A DNA stretch of 64,000 bases from Candidatus Amphirhobacter heronislandensis. Lineage in GTDB: Bacteria; Pseudomonadota; Gammaproteobacteria; Tethybacterales; Tethybacteraceae. Below are positions 48,311-58,634 of this stretch, piece by piece. The notes beneath the pieces are model-generated. The model did not search any database. It saw nothing but the letters and a program-made list of their open reading frames with translations, and was not told where the DNA came from. The stretch covers positions 4,852-68,851 of the forward strand of contig MEIE01000003.1 of assembly GCA_001750625.1 (NCBI GenBank), read 5' to 3'. Every line of letters starts with the position of its first letter. Within the stretch, counting starts at the first letter, position 1. A program made the translations under genes and the position numbers.

Positions 48311-49354
48311 ATGATAGACATATTCAGGCGCTTTTTCGCGGTCGACATGGCGATCGACCTCGGGACGGCCAACACCATCATCTACGTCGAGGGCGAGGGC
48401 ATCGTCCTCAACGAGCCCTCGGTGGTCGCGATCGAGCGCATCGGCAACCGCAAGGTCATCCGCGACATCGGCATCGGCGCCAAGGAGATGATCGGGCGTA
48501 CGCCGGAGAACATCGTCGCGATCAAGCCGATGCTCGACGGCGTCATCGCCGACTACCAGGTCACCGAGCAGATGCTCAACGCCTTCATCAAGCGGGTGCA
48601 CGGCTCCAAGCTGTTCACGCCGGGGCCGCGCATCATCATCTGCGTGCCGTACTCGTCGACGCCGGTCGAGCGCCGCGCCATCCGCGACTCGGGGATCGCC
48701 GCCGGCGCCACCCAGGTCTCGCTGATCGCCGAGCCGATGGCGGCCGCGATCGGCGCCGAGCTGCCGGTCGAGGAGGCGAGCGGTTCGCTGGTGGTCGACA
48801 TCGGCGGCGGCACCACCGAGGTCGGCGTCGTCTCGCTCGGCGGCCTGGTCTACGCCAACTCCATCCGCGTCGGCGGCTACAAGATCGACGAGGCCATCCG
48901 CAAGTACATCCGCAAGAAGCGCGGCGTCGAGATCGGCGAGACCAGCGCCGAGGAGCTCAAGAAGAACCTGGCGGTCGCCCAGATCGACCCGGACGCCGAG
49001 CCCGAGGAGATGAAGGTCGCGGGCCACAACATCGCCGAGGGCATCCCGCAGACCCTCAACGTCACCTCGCAGGAGGTCCACGAGGCGATCGCCGACCCGC
49101 TGCGGCAGATCATCGCCGCGATCCGCGAGGCGCTGCAGCGCACGCCGCCCGAAATCGCCGCCGACATCGCCAAAAGCGGCGTGGTGCTCGCCGGCGGCGG
49201 CGCGCTGATCCGCAACCTGTCGGAGAAGGTGGCGACGGAGACCAAGCTGCCGGTGCGGATGGCCGACGACCCGCTGACCTGCGTCGCGCGCGGCTCGGGC
49301 GCCGCGCTGAAATACCTCAACAACGTCGAGAGCATCTTCTTTCCGGTCGACTGA
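48311..49354 (+). CDS. mreB: Rod shape-determining protein MreB
   Basis: 347-aa actin-like ORF with DLGTANT, VVDIGGGTTE and VLAGGGALI. Confidence 0.95.
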   Translation: MIDIFRRFFAVDMAIDLGTANTIIYVEGEGIVLNEPSVVAIERIGNRKVIRDIGIGAKEMIGRTPENIVAIKPMLDGVIADYQVTEQMLNAFIKRVHGSKLFTPGPRIIICVPYSSTPVERRAIRDSGIAAGATQVSLIAEPMAAAIGAELPVEEASGSLVVDIGGGTTEVGVVSLGGLVYANSIRVGGYKIDEAIRKYIRKKRGVEIGETSAEELKKNLAVAQIDPDAEPEEMKVAGHNIAEGIPQTLNVTSQEVHEAIADPLRQIIAAIREALQRTPPEIAADIAKSGVVLAGGGALIRNLSEKVATETKLPVRMADDPLTCVARGSGAALKYLNNVESIFFPVD

Positions 49355-49372
49355 TCCCCGGGGCGCGGCGCG

Positions 49373-50275
49373 ATGGACTTCAGCGACGACGGCAGAAAAA
49401 AGATGGTCTGGCTGCGGGCGGCGGCCGCGATGCTGCTGGCCTGGGGCCTGACCTACGCCGACCACCGCATCGGCGACGCGACCAGCAAGGTCCGCTCCTC
49501 GCTCGCCGCGGTGGTGCTGCGGCCGATCCGCTTCGCCGCCGAATTGCCGACCACCGCCTGGTCGACGACCTCGGGCTATTTCCAAAGCCGCGAAGAGCTG
49601 ATCGAGTCGCGACAGAAGATCGCCGAGGAGCTGCTGCGCCAGCGCAGCCGCCAGCAGCTCGTCGACGCCGTCGAGCGCGAGAACGCCATCCTGCGCAGCC
49701 TGATCAACGCGCGCCTGCGCCACCAGCCCGACGCCGCGATCGCCGAGATCCTCAACACCGCGAGCCTGCCCTTTTTGAGCCGCATCGTCATCGGCAAGGG
49801 CAGCTCCGAGGGCCTGGCGGTCGGCCAGGGCCTGTTCACCGACGAGGGCGTCATCGGCCAGCTCACCCGGGTCGACGGCGACACCTCGCAGGCGCTGCTG
49901 TTGACCGACAAGCGGTTCTGGGTCGCGACCCGCCGCCGCAGCGACGGCCTGCTGGTCCTGCTGCAGGGCGACGGCGGCGGCCGCATGCGGCTGCGCTTCG
50001 TCCCGGCGGACGTCAGCCTCCTTCCCGGCGACCTGCTCGAGACCGCCGAGGGCCAGCAGGCCTTCCCGGCCGGCATCCCGGTCGCGGCGATCGCCGAGAC
50101 CTGGCAGCCCGACGGCGTCCCCTTCCAGGAGGGCGTCGCCAAGCCGGTCGCCTCGGTGCGGCAGCAGACCGCGGTGCTGATCCACTCCGGCGGCGGCGAC
50201 GAGGACGCCGTACCGCTGCCGGTCGAGCCGTCGGGGGCGGTGCCCTCGAGCCTGAAGGTGGACGTGTTGCCATGA
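49373..50275 (+). CDS. mreC: Rod shape-determining protein MreC
   Basis: 300-aa ORF following mreB with an N-terminal TM helix, a coiled coil (RENAILRSL) and beta-rich domains. Confidence 0.85.
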   Translation: MDFSDDGRKKMVWLRAAAAMLLAWGLTYADHRIGDATSKVRSSLAAVVLRPIRFAAELPTTAWSTTSGYFQSREELIESRQKIAEELLRQRSRQQLVDAVERENAILRSLINARLRHQPDAAIAEILNTASLPFLSRIVIGKGSSEGLAVGQGLFTDEGVIGQLTRVDGDTSQALLLTDKRFWVATRRRSDGLLVLLQGDGGGRMRLRFVPADVSLLPGDLLETAEGQQAFPAGIPVAAIAETWQPDGVPFQEGVAKPVASVRQQTAVLIHSGGGDEDAVPLPVEPSGAVPSSLKVDVLP

Positions 50276-50781
50276 TGCGCTACCACTCCGACGACGCCCG
50301 CTCGATCGAGCGCGACCCCAGCCTGCGGCTGATCACGCTGTCGCTGGCGACCGGCCTGCTGCTCAACCTGCTGCCGTATCCGGACGCGTGGTTCGAGTAC
50401 AAGCCGGACTTCGTCGCGCTGCTGCTGGCGTACTGGGCGCTGCGGATGCGGCGCTCGTTCCCCTTCGCGCTGGCCTTCGCCGCCGGCGTGCTGATGGACG
50501 TCGCCTACACCGCGGCGCTGGGGCAGCACGCCTTCGCCTACGCGGCGCTGCTGGTCGTCGCGCATGTGCTCAAGGGGCCGTACGTGATCGCGAACCGGGC
50601 GCAGCAGGCGGTCTTCGCCGGCCTCGCGCTGGCGGCCGCGATCGCCGCCTCGCTGCTGGTGAGCTGGGCCTACGAGAGCATCGCGGTCGGGGCCGCGGAC
50701 TTCAAGCCGGCGCTGGTCGGGATGCTGCTGTGGCTGCTGCTGCCGCTGCTGCTGGCGCCGCGCTCGCCGGCGGGCGGCTAG
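50272..50781 (+). CDS. mreD: Rod shape-determining protein MreD
   Basis: 169-aa polytopic membrane ORF coupled to mreC (ATGA), in the conserved position. Confidence 0.75.
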   Translation: MMRYHSDDARSIERDPSLRLITLSLATGLLLNLLPYPDAWFEYKPDFVALLLAYWALRMRRSFPFALAFAAGVLMDVAYTAALGQHAFAYAALLVVAHVLKGPYVIANRAQQAVFAGLALAAAIAASLLVSWAYESIAVGAADFKPALVGMLLWLLLPLLLAPRSPAGG

Positions 50782-50791
50782 CGGGGCGGCC

Positions 50792-52702
50792 ATGCTGGCG
50801 GCGGGCGGCGAGCGGGACGAGCGGCGGGTCCGGCGCTCGTTCCTGGCGCGGCTGGCGCTGCTGGGCTTGGCGGTCACCGGCCTGGGCCTGGGCTTGGTCT
50901 GGCGCTGGCACTACCTGCAGGTCGAGCGCTACGAGCACTTCGAGGAGCTGGCGGTCGACAACCAGTTCGCGCTGGAGCGGGTGGGGCCGATCCGCGGCCT
51001 GATCCGCGACCGGCACGGCGTGGCGCTGGCCGAGAACAACACCCGCTACCTGGTGCGGGTCAACTCGGACAACGCGGCCAGGACGCTCGAGCGCCTCGAC
51101 GAGCTCGGCGCCTACCTGCCGCTGGCGCCCAAGGCGGCGGCGAAGCTCGAGGAGGCCGCCCGCTCGCCGGTCTACGCCGGCGAGATCGTGATCAGCGACT
51201 ACCTGCGGCTCGAGGACCTGCTGCGCTTCATCGACGTCCAGCACCTCCATCCCGAGGCGGTGCTCGACGCGCGGCTGCTGCGCAGCTATCCCCACGGCGA
51301 CTTCGCGGCGCACGTCATCGGCCACGTCGGCCGCATCAACGCCGGGGACGTCGCGCGGCTGCGGGAGCGCCGCCGCTACCAGCAGTACGTCGGCTCGGAC
51401 TTCATCGGCAAGCGCGGGGTCGAGGCGATGTACGAGACCCGCCTGCACGGCGCGCCGGGCCTGCGCGAGGTCCACATCGACGCCCATGGCCGGGTGCTGG
51501 ACACGCTGCACCGGCTGTCGCCGACGACCGGCGCCGACCTGTGGCTGACCCTCGACGGCGGCCTGCAGCAAAAAGCCGAGGAGCTGCTCGAAGGCAAGGA
51601 GGGGGCGCTGGTCGCGCTCGAGCCCTACACCGGCGAGATCCTGGCGCTGGCCTCGGCGCCGCGCTTCGACGTCAACGACTTCATCGGCGGCGTGACCCAA
51701 AAGCAGTGGGAGGAGCTCAACTCGACCGAGCGCGGCGCGCCGATGGTGCACCGGGCGATCTACGGGCAGTACGCGCCGGGCTCGACGCTCAAGCCTTTTT
51801 TGGCGCTGGCGGCGCTGGACGAGGGCTGGCGGACGCCGGACTACATTTACCGCAGCACCGGGGTCTTCGCACTGACGCCGCGGCACCTGTTCCACGACTG
51901 GAAGCGCGGCGGCCACGGCGAGGTCGACATGCGCAAGTCGATCGTGCGCTCGGTCAACTCCTACTACTACGAGCTCGCCCACGAGGTCGGGGTCGACGCC
52001 ATGCACGACGCGCTGGCGCGGTTTGGCTTCGGCCGGCCGACGCGGGTGGACCTCGACAACGAGCGCGGCGGCGTCCTGCCGACCGAGGCCTGGAAGCGCG
52101 AGGCGGTCGGCGAGCCGTGGTACCCGGGCGACACCATCCCGATCGGCGTCGGCCAGGGCTACATCGTGGCGACGCCGCTGCAGCTGGCGCGGGCGATGGC
52201 GGTGATCGCCAACGGCGGCGACCTGGTGCGGCCGCACGTCGTCGCCCAGGTCGGCGGCATCCGCCTGCGGCCCGGGCCCGAGGAGCGCGGCCTGTTCGAT
52301 CCGGCGCATATCGCCCTGGTCCGCGACGCGCTGGCGCAGGTCACGCTGCCGGGCGGGACCGCCTACAGCCGGGTGGGCAAGGACAGCAGCTACCCGATCG
52401 CCGGCAAGACCGGCACGGCGCAGGTCGCGCGGCTGCGCTACGACGAGGACGGCCGGGTCGACAACGAGGACCTGCCGTACCGGCTGCGGGACCACGCCTG
52501 GTTCGTCGGCTTCGCGCCGGCCTACAACCCGCGCATCGTGGTCGCCGCCCTGGTCGAGCACGGCGGCAGCGGCGGCCGGGCGGCCGGCCCGCTGGTCCGC
52601 GCCCTGATGGACCATTACCTGCTCGAGCGCCGCGGCATGCGCTTCGGCCCGAGCCCCTACGACCTGCGGTGGCGGCCGCAGCAGCTGGCGGCGGACAACT
52701 GA
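50792..52702 (+). CDS. mrdA: Penicillin-binding protein 2 (elongasome transpeptidase)
   Basis: 636-aa ORF. Transpeptidase motifs are SxxK (PGSTLKP), SxN (RSVNS) and KTG (GKTGTAQ). Confidence 0.9.
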   Translation: MLAAGGERDERRVRRSFLARLALLGLAVTGLGLGLVWRWHYLQVERYEHFEELAVDNQFALERVGPIRGLIRDRHGVALAENNTRYLVRVNSDNAARTLERLDELGAYLPLAPKAAAKLEEAARSPVYAGEIVISDYLRLEDLLRFIDVQHLHPEAVLDARLLRSYPHGDFAAHVIGHVGRINAGDVARLRERRRYQQYVGSDFIGKRGVEAMYETRLHGAPGLREVHIDAHGRVLDTLHRLSPTTGADLWLTLDGGLQQKAEELLEGKEGALVALEPYTGEILALASAPRFDVNDFIGGVTQKQWEELNSTERGAPMVHRAIYGQYAPGSTLKPFLALAALDEGWRTPDYIYRSTGVFALTPRHLFHDWKRGGHGEVDMRKSIVRSVNSYYYELAHEVGVDAMHDALARFGFGRPTRVDLDNERGGVLPTEAWKREAVGEPWYPGDTIPIGVGQGYIVATPLQLARAMAVIANGGDLVRPHVVAQVGGIRLRPGPEERGLFDPAHIALVRDALAQVTLPGGTAYSRVGKDSSYPIAGKTGTAQVARLRYDEDGRVDNEDLPYRLRDHAWFVGFAPAYNPRIVVAALVEHGGSGGRAAGPLVRALMDHYLLERRGMRFGPSPYDLRWRPQQLAADN

Positions 52703-52703
52703 G

Positions 52704-53822
52704 ATGGTCCGGGCCTTCGTCCTGCACGCGCTGGCGCTGCCGCTGCGGCGCGTCGACTGGCTGCTGCTGCCGCTGCTGGCGGCGCTGGCCGGACTGGGGC
52801 TGGTCGCGCTGCATTCGGCGGCCGAGGACGTCCGGCTGGTCGAGCGGCAGGAGGCCTACCTGCTGCTGGGCCTGGGCCTGGCGGTGGCGGCCGCCTGCAT
52901 CAGCTGGCGCTGGTGGCGGCTGCTGGCGGCGCCGTTCTACCTGCTGTGCCTGCTGCTGCTGGCGCTGGTGCCGTGGCTGGGCATCGAGGCGAACAACGCG
53001 CGGCGCTGGCTGGACCTGGGCTTCGTCACCCTGCAGCCCTCGGAGCTGGCGAAGGTCGCGGTGCCGCTGGCGCTCGCGGCGTTCTACGGCCTGTGGCCGC
53101 AGCGGCGGCGCTACTGGCAGCACGGCGTGGCGCTGCTGCTGGCGCTGCTGCCGGCGATGATGATCCTCGACCAGCCCGACCTCGGGACCGCGGTGATGGT
53201 GCTGCTGGCCGGGGTGCTGATGATCTTCTTCGCCGGCCTGCCGTGGCTGTTCATGCTGTCGGGCGCGGCGCTGGCGGCGCTCGCGGCGCCATTGATGTGG
53301 AGCTTCGTGCTCGCCGACTACCAAAAGCAGCGGATCCTGGCGGTCATCGATCCGCACAGCGACCCGCTGGGCGCCGGCTACCACACCATCCAGTCGAGCA
53401 TCGCGGTCGGCTCGGGCGGCTACTGGGGCAAGGGCTGGAACCAGGGCAGCCAGGCGCAGCTGGGCTTCCTGCCCGAGCACCACACCGACTTCATCTTCGC
53501 GGTCTACGCCGAGGAGTTCGGCTTCGCCGGCTGCCTGGCGCTGCTGGGCGTGTTCATGCTGATCTTCATCCGCATGGCGACGCTGGCGGGCAAGGCGCGC
53601 GACGGCGCGGCCGGCTGCCTGGTCGCGGCCTTCGCGAGCGTCTTCGCGCTGCAGGCGCTGGTCAACCTCGCGATGGTCAGCGGCGTGCTGCCGGTGGTGG
53701 GCCTGCCGCTGCCGCTGGTGAGCTACGGCGGGACCTCGCTGCTGGCCTTCGCGCTGAGCTTCGGCATCGCGATGGCGGCGGCGCGGCACCGCCCGCCGCG
53801 GCGCCTCGGCTTCGGCGGCTAA
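52704..53822 (+). CDS. rodA: Peptidoglycan glycosyltransferase RodA (SEDS family)
   Basis: 372-aa SEDS ORF with QPSELAK, DLGTA, HTDFIFA and PLPLVSYGGTS. Confidence 0.9.
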   Translation: MVRAFVLHALALPLRRVDWLLLPLLAALAGLGLVALHSAAEDVRLVERQEAYLLLGLGLAVAAACISWRWWRLLAAPFYLLCLLLLALVPWLGIEANNARRWLDLGFVTLQPSELAKVAVPLALAAFYGLWPQRRRYWQHGVALLLALLPAMMILDQPDLGTAVMVLLAGVLMIFFAGLPWLFMLSGAALAALAAPLMWSFVLADYQKQRILAVIDPHSDPLGAGYHTIQSSIAVGSGGYWGKGWNQGSQAQLGFLPEHHTDFIFAVYAEEFGFAGCLALLGVFMLIFIRMATLAGKARDGAAGCLVAAFASVFALQALVNLAMVSGVLPVVGLPLPLVSYGGTSLLAFALSFGIAMAAARHRPPRRLGFGG

Positions 53823-53844
53823 CCGGTTTTCATAGAATAGTTCA

Positions 53845-54765
53845 ATGCTGCGCGGGCTTTCGCCGAGGCCGCGGCCGCGCCTGGCGGCCGCGCTGCTCGC
53901 TTCGCTGCTGGCCGCCGGCTGCGCGGTCAAGACGCCGCCCGATGAGGCCGGCGCGCCCGAGGCCGCCCCGCCGGCCGCGGCCGCCAAGCCCGCCGCGCCG
54001 CGCGACGGCAAGTACTACAAGGACGACGGCCCGCCGGAGGTCGACGCGGTCGACTGGCGGACGGTCGCGGACGCGACGCCCGAGTTCGAGCCCATCCCGG
54101 CCGGCTACAACCGGCCCTACGAGGTCTTCGGCGTCAAGTACATCCCCTTCACCGACTACACGCGCTACCTCAAGCGCGGGACCGCCTCGTGGTACGGCCG
54201 CCGCTACCACGGCCGCCAGACCTCGACCGGCGAGGTCTACGACATGTACGGCATGACCGCCGCGCACACCGTGCTGCCGATCCCGAGCTACGCGCGGGTG
54301 ACGCGGGTCGACGACGGCCGCTCGATCGTCGTGCGCATCAACGACCGCGGCCCCTTCCTCAACGAGCGCCTGATCGACCTGTCCTACGTCGCGGCGCGCA
54401 AGCTCGGCGTGGTCGCCAGCGGCACCGCCGAGGTCATCGTCGAGGCCATCCTGCCGCCGGTGCCGGCGCCGGCGCCGGCGGCGCGCCAGGCCGAGGAGCC
54501 CGCCGCCGCGCCGCCGCAGGCCACCGACGAGCCGGGGCTGTACCTGCAGCTGGGCGCGTACTCCTCGGCGGCGAACGCCCGCGACCGGGCGGAAGGAATC
54601 GCCCTGCCCGCAGGGCTGGCGCACGAAGGCCTGAGGCTGCGCGCCGGCGCCGACGGCCTGCACCGGGTGCTGCTCGGGCCGTACGCGAACCGGGCGGTCG
54701 CGGCGCGCGACCGCGAGCTGCTGGCGCGCGGCGGCCTCGAATCCTTCCTCAAGGAGCTGCCGTGA
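53845..54765 (+). CDS. rlpA: Septal ring lytic transglycosylase RlpA
   Basis: Lipobox LLAAGC, a DPBB domain (GTASWYG...[11 protein letters not shown]...AAH..LP..S..RV) and a C-terminal SPOR domain ([14 protein letters not shown]). Confidence 0.85.
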   Translation: MLRGLSPRPRPRLAAALLASLLAAGCAVKTPPDEAGAPEAAPPAAAAKPAAPRDGKYYKDDGPPEVDAVDWRTVADATPEFEPIPAGYNRPYEVFGVKYIPFTDYTRYLKRGTASWYGRRYHGRQTSTGEVYDMYGMTAAHTVLPIPSYARVTRVDDGRSIVVRINDRGPFLNERLIDLSYVAARKLGVVASGTAEVIVEAILPPVPAPAPAARQAEEPAAAPPQATDEPGLYLQLGAYSSAANARDRAEGIALPAGLAHEGLRLRAGADGLHRVLLGPYANRAVAARDRELLARGGLESFLKELP

Positions 54766-55889
54766 GCGCCGCCGGCTGCGTGGGCGTCGCGACGCCCAGG
54801 TCCTTCGAGTCCAAGGAGCCCTTCCGCTTCGTCAGCGGCGAGGAGCTGCCCGGGCTCGCGATCGCCTACGAGACCTACGGCGAGCTCAGCGCGGCGAAGG
54901 ACAACGCCATCCTGATCTGCCACGCCCTGTCCGGCAGCCAGCACGCCGCCGGCCTCGCCCCCGGCCAGGAAGGACAGGAGGTCAAGCAGCGCGACAAGGG
55001 CTGGTGGGACCTGCTGATCGGCCCGGGCAAGGCCATCGACACCAGCCGCTTCTTCGTGGTCTGCAGCAACAACATCGGCGGCTGCCACGGCTCGACCGGC
55101 CCCAAGACCGTCAACCCCGCGACCGGCCGCCCCTACGGCTCCGGCTTCCCGGAGGTGCGGGTCGAGGACTGGGTCGAGGCGCAGCTGCTGCTCGCGGCCC
55201 ATCTGGGCATAGCGCGCTTCCACGCGGTGGTCGGCGGCAGCATCGGCGGCATGCAGGCGCTGTCGTGGGCGATCCGGCATCCGGCGATGGTGGCGCGCGC
55301 GGCGATCATCGCCGGGACGCCGAAGCTCACCACCCAGAACATCGCCTTCAACGAGATCGCGCGGCAGTCGATCAAGAGCGACCCGGCCTTCAGCCAAGGC
55401 GACTACTACGGCCAGGAGCAGGGGCCCCGCAGCGGGCTCGCGATCGCGCGCATGCTCGGCCACGTCACCTACCTGTCGGGCGGCGACCTCGAGCGCCGCT
55501 TCAGCCGGCGGCGGCGGGAGGACGGCGACACCTTCGAGATCGAATCCTACCTGCGCTACAACGGCGACAAGTTCGCCGACTACTTCGACGCGAACACCTA
55601 CCTGATCATGACCGAGGCGCTCGACGAGTTCAACCCGGCGGCCGAGGCTGGCGGCGACCTGGCGGCGGCGCTGCGGCCGGCGGCGGCGCGCTTTTTGGTC
55701 GCTTCGTTCCGCAAGGACTGGCGCTTCCCGCCGCAGCGCTCGCGCGAGCTGGTCAAGGCCCTTTTGCAGGCCGACAAGCGGGTCAGCTACGCGGAACTGG
55801 GCGCCGACGGCGGCCACGACGCCTTCTTGCAGGACGACCCCGCCTACCACGAGGTGGTGCGTTCTTTCCTGGGCGCGGCGGAGGAGTGA
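54762..55889 (+). CDS. metX: Homoserine O-acyltransferase
   Basis: The GTG at 54762 overlaps the rlpA stop. It has an alpha/beta-hydrolase nucleophile elbow [10 protein letters not shown] and [10 protein letters not shown], and is followed by metW. Confidence 0.9.
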   Translation: MSAAGCVGVATPRSFESKEPFRFVSGEELPGLAIAYETYGELSAAKDNAILICHALSGSQHAAGLAPGQEGQEVKQRDKGWWDLLIGPGKAIDTSRFFVVCSNNIGGCHGSTGPKTVNPATGRPYGSGFPEVRVEDWVEAQLLLAAHLGIARFHAVVGGSIGGMQALSWAIRHPAMVARAAIIAGTPKLTTQNIAFNEIARQSIKSDPAFSQGDYYGQEQGPRSGLAIARMLGHVTYLSGGDLERRFSRRRREDGDTFEIESYLRYNGDKFADYFDANTYLIMTEALDEFNPAAEAGGDLAAALRPAAARFLVASFRKDWRFPPQRSRELVKALLQADKRVSYAELGADGGHDAFLQDDPAYHEVVRSFLGAAEE

Positions 55890-56470
55890 TGGAGAAGATC
55901 ATCCACAACATCTTCACCGACTGGATCCCGGCCGGGGCCTCGGTGCTCGACCTGGGCTGCGGCGACGGCCGCCTGCTCGAAAGCCTCGCGGCGGACCGCG
56001 GCGTCAAGGGCGTCGGGGTCGAGATCGACGAGGCGCAGGTCGCGGTCTGCCTCGCCAAGGGCCTGCAGGTCGTCAGCGCCGACATCGAGAGCGCGGCGAT
56101 GGAGGAGCTGTTCGCGCCGGGCTCCTTCGACTACGTCCTGCTCAAGAACACCCTGCAGGTCATCAGCGAGCCCGAGAAGGTGCTGCGCGAGATGCTGCGC
56201 ATCGGCCGGCAGTCGATCTGCCTGTTCGAGAACGCCAGCTCCTTCGGCAACCGCCTTCGTTTCCTGCTGCGCGGCGACCTGCCGACGGCCGAGAACGGCG
56301 AGGGGCCGCTGGCGCACCTGATCACGGTGAAGGGTTTCAGCGGGACCTGCGCGCGGGCCGGCGGCCGCATCGTCAAGAGCCGCTATCTGACCAAGGACGG
56401 CCTGGGGGTCGCCAGCAGCGCCCTGAACTGCCACACGGCGGCCTACCTGCTCGGGCGCCGGGACGCCTAG
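55889..56470 (+). CDS. metW: Methionine biosynthesis protein MetW
   Basis: 193-aa ORF with SAM-like [12 protein letters not shown], coupled to metX (TGATG). Confidence 0.85.
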   Translation: MEKIIHNIFTDWIPAGASVLDLGCGDGRLLESLAADRGVKGVGVEIDEAQVAVCLAKGLQVVSADIESAAMEELFAPGSFDYVLLKNTLQVISEPEKVLREMLRIGRQSICLFENASSFGNRLRFLLRGDLPTAENGEGPLAHLITVKGFSGTCARAGGRIVKSRYLTKDGLGVASSALNCHTAAYLLGRRDA

Positions 56471-57765
56471 GAGGCCGCAACCTCCCAGCCGGCCGCGGCG
56501 GCGTGGTCGACGAAGCCCGGGAAAGAAGTCGCCACGTTCGCGCAGTCGGCGACGCGCACCTTATCGGAGGCGGCCAGCGCCGCGACCGCGCCGGCCATCG
56601 CGATGCGGTGGTCGCCTTGCGAAGCCACCGCGCCGCCGCTTATCGGCCCGCCTTCGATGTCGATGCCGTCCTCATGCTCGGCGTGCTTGACGCCGAGGGC
56701 GGCCAGCAGCTGCGCCATCGCCGCGAGGCGGTCGGATTCCTTGGCGCGCAGCTCGGCGGCGCCGCGCACCCGGGTCGAGCCAGCGGCGGCGGCGGCCGCG
56801 ACGAACAGCACCGGCAGCTCGTCGATCGCGGCAGGGACGTCGGCGGCCTCGATCGCCACGCCCTGCAGCGGCGAGTGCTTGACCACGAGGTCGGCGACCG
56901 GCTCCGCGCCGCAGCGCCGCGCGTTGACCTCGGCGATGTCCGCGCCCATCGCGCGCAGGATCTTCAAAACGCCGGTCCGGGTGGGGTTGACGCAGACGTC
57001 TTTGAGCAGCAGCTCGCTGCCGGGGACCAGCAGGGCGGCGACGAGGAAAAAGGCGGCCGAGGAGATGTCGGCGGGGGCCTCGACGTGCGCGGCGCGCAGG
57101 CTCTTGCAGGGTGCGACGTCGATGTGCGCGCCGTCCCGCTTGAGCTCGGCGCCGAAGACCGGCAGCATCAGCTCGGTGTGGTCGCGGCAGGGCAGGGGCT
57201 CGGTCACCCGCGCGCCGGCGTCGGCGCACAGGCCGGCGAGCAGCACCGCCGACTTGATCTGGGCGCTGGCCTTGGGCAGGACGTACTCGACGCGCCGCAG
57301 GCTCTCGACCGCCTCGATGCGCACTGGCGGCGTGCCGTCGGGCTGCGGCTCGATCCGCGCGCCCATCTCCTTGAGCGGTTCGCTGATGCGCCGCATCGGC
57401 CGCCGCCGCAGGGACTCGTCGCCGTCGAGCGTGCAGGCGACGCCGCGGCCGCAGACCAGCCCGGCGTACAGCCGCATCAAGGTGCCAGCGTTGCCGCAGT
57501 CGATGGTCCCGGGGGCGCGGTTGAGCTCGGCGCCGGCGCCGGTCACCCGCAGGACGTTGCCTTCGAGCGCGCCTTTCGCGCCGAGGGCCTCCATCGCCTT
57601 GAGGGTCGCGCGGGTGTCCTCGCCGAGCAGCGGCTGCTCGATGACGGTTTCGCCGTCGGCGAGGCCGCCGAGCATGATCGCGCGGTGGCTGATCGACTTG
57701 TCCGAGGGCAGCCGCAGCTCGCCGCGCAGCGGGCCGGCGGCCGGCGAGACGGTCCAGTCGCTCAT
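56467..57765 (-). CDS. aroA: 3-phosphoshikimate 1-carboxyvinyltransferase (EPSP synthase)
   Basis: Real start at ATG 57765 (MSDWTVSPAAGPLRGELRLPSDKSISHRAIMLGGLA). The track ORF is extended upstream into tyrA. Confidence 0.9.
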   Translation of the reverse strand: MSDWTVSPAAGPLRGELRLPSDKSISHRAIMLGGLADGETVIEQPLLGEDTRATLKAMEALGAKGALEGNVLRVTGAGAELNRAPGTIDCGNAGTLMRLYAGLVCGRGVACTLDGDESLRRRPMRRISEPLKEMGARIEPQPDGTPPVRIEAVESLRRVEYVLPKASAQIKSAVLLAGLCADAGARVTEPLPCRDHTELMLPVFGAELKRDGAHIDVAPCKSLRAAHVEAPADISSAAFFLVAALLVPGSELLLKDVCVNPTRTGVLKILRAMGADIAEVNARRCGAEPVADLVVKHSPLQGVAIEAADVPAAIDELPVLFVAAAAAAGSTRVRGAAELRAKESDRLAAMAQLLAALGVKHAEHEDGIDIEGGPISGGAVASQGDHRIAMAGAVAALAASDKVRVADCANVATSFPGFVDHAAAAGWEVAAS

Positions 57766-58634
57766 TCGCCGCGGCTCTTGAGCCAGCCGTCGCGCAGCTC
57801 GCGGGCCTCTTCGAAAAAGTCGTGCAGGCGGGCGCCGTCCTGGGTGAGGATGGCGTCGCGCAGCTGCTCGAGGCGCTCGATGTAGGCGCCGATCTCGCCG
57901 ACCAGGTTGGCGCCGTTCGCGAGGCAGACGTCGCGCCACATCCGCGGGTTGGAGCTCGCGATGCGGGTGAAGTCGGCGAAGCCGCTCGCCGCGTTCGCGA
58001 GCAGCTCGGCGCGGTCGTCGCGGTGGCCGAGGTCGTTGACCAGGGCGTAGGCCAGCATGTGCGGCAGGTGGCTGACCGCCGCGAACATCCGGTCGTGGTC
58101 CTCGGCGTCCATATGCTCGATGCGCGCGCCGCATTCCTCCCACAGGCCGGCGACCAGCCGCTCGGCCGCCTCGTCCTGCCTGGCCTTGCAGATGATCAGG
58201 CGGCGGCCGCGGAACAGGTCCTTGACGGCGGCGCGGATGCCGCTGTGCTCGGTGCCCGCGATCGGATGGCAGGGGACGAAGAGGCCGGCGCGGTCGCCGA
58301 GGGCCTCGGCCGCCGCGGCGCAGACGTCGGCCTTGGTGCTGCCCGCGTCGCAGACCGCGGCGAGGTTGGGCGCGTCGAGACCAGCGACGCCGCGCAGGAC
58401 CTCGGCGGCCTGGCCGACCGGCACCGCGATTAGGATGGCCTTGCAGTCGTCGAGGACGGCGATGTCGTCCGAGGCGTGGGTGACGGCGCCGCGGCGCATC
58501 GCCTCGGCGCAGGATTCGGCGTCGCGGTCGTGGCCGATGACCGCGTGGCCGCGCGCGATCAGGTCCTCGGCGAAGGAGCCGCCGATCAGGCCGAGGCCGG
58601 CGACGCCGACCGCGATCGGACCCTCGCCGCTCAC
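57762..58634 (-). CDS. tyrA: Prephenate/arogenate dehydrogenase
   Basis: 290-aa ORF with NAD motif VGVAGLGLIGGSF and HPIAG. Confidence 0.85.
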   Translation of the reverse strand: MSGEGPIAVGVAGLGLIGGSFAEDLIARGHAVIGHDRDAESCAEAMRRGAVTHASDDIAVLDDCKAILIAVPVGQAAEVLRGVAGLDAPNLAAVCDAGSTKADVCAAAAEALGDRAGLFVPCHPIAGTEHSGIRAAVKDLFRGRRLIICKARQDEAAERLVAGLWEECGARIEHMDAEDHDRMFAAVSHLPHMLAYALVNDLGHRDDRAELLANAASGFADFTRIASSNPRMWRDVCLANGANLVGEIGAYIERLEQLRDAILTQDGARLHDFFEEARELRDGWLKSRGE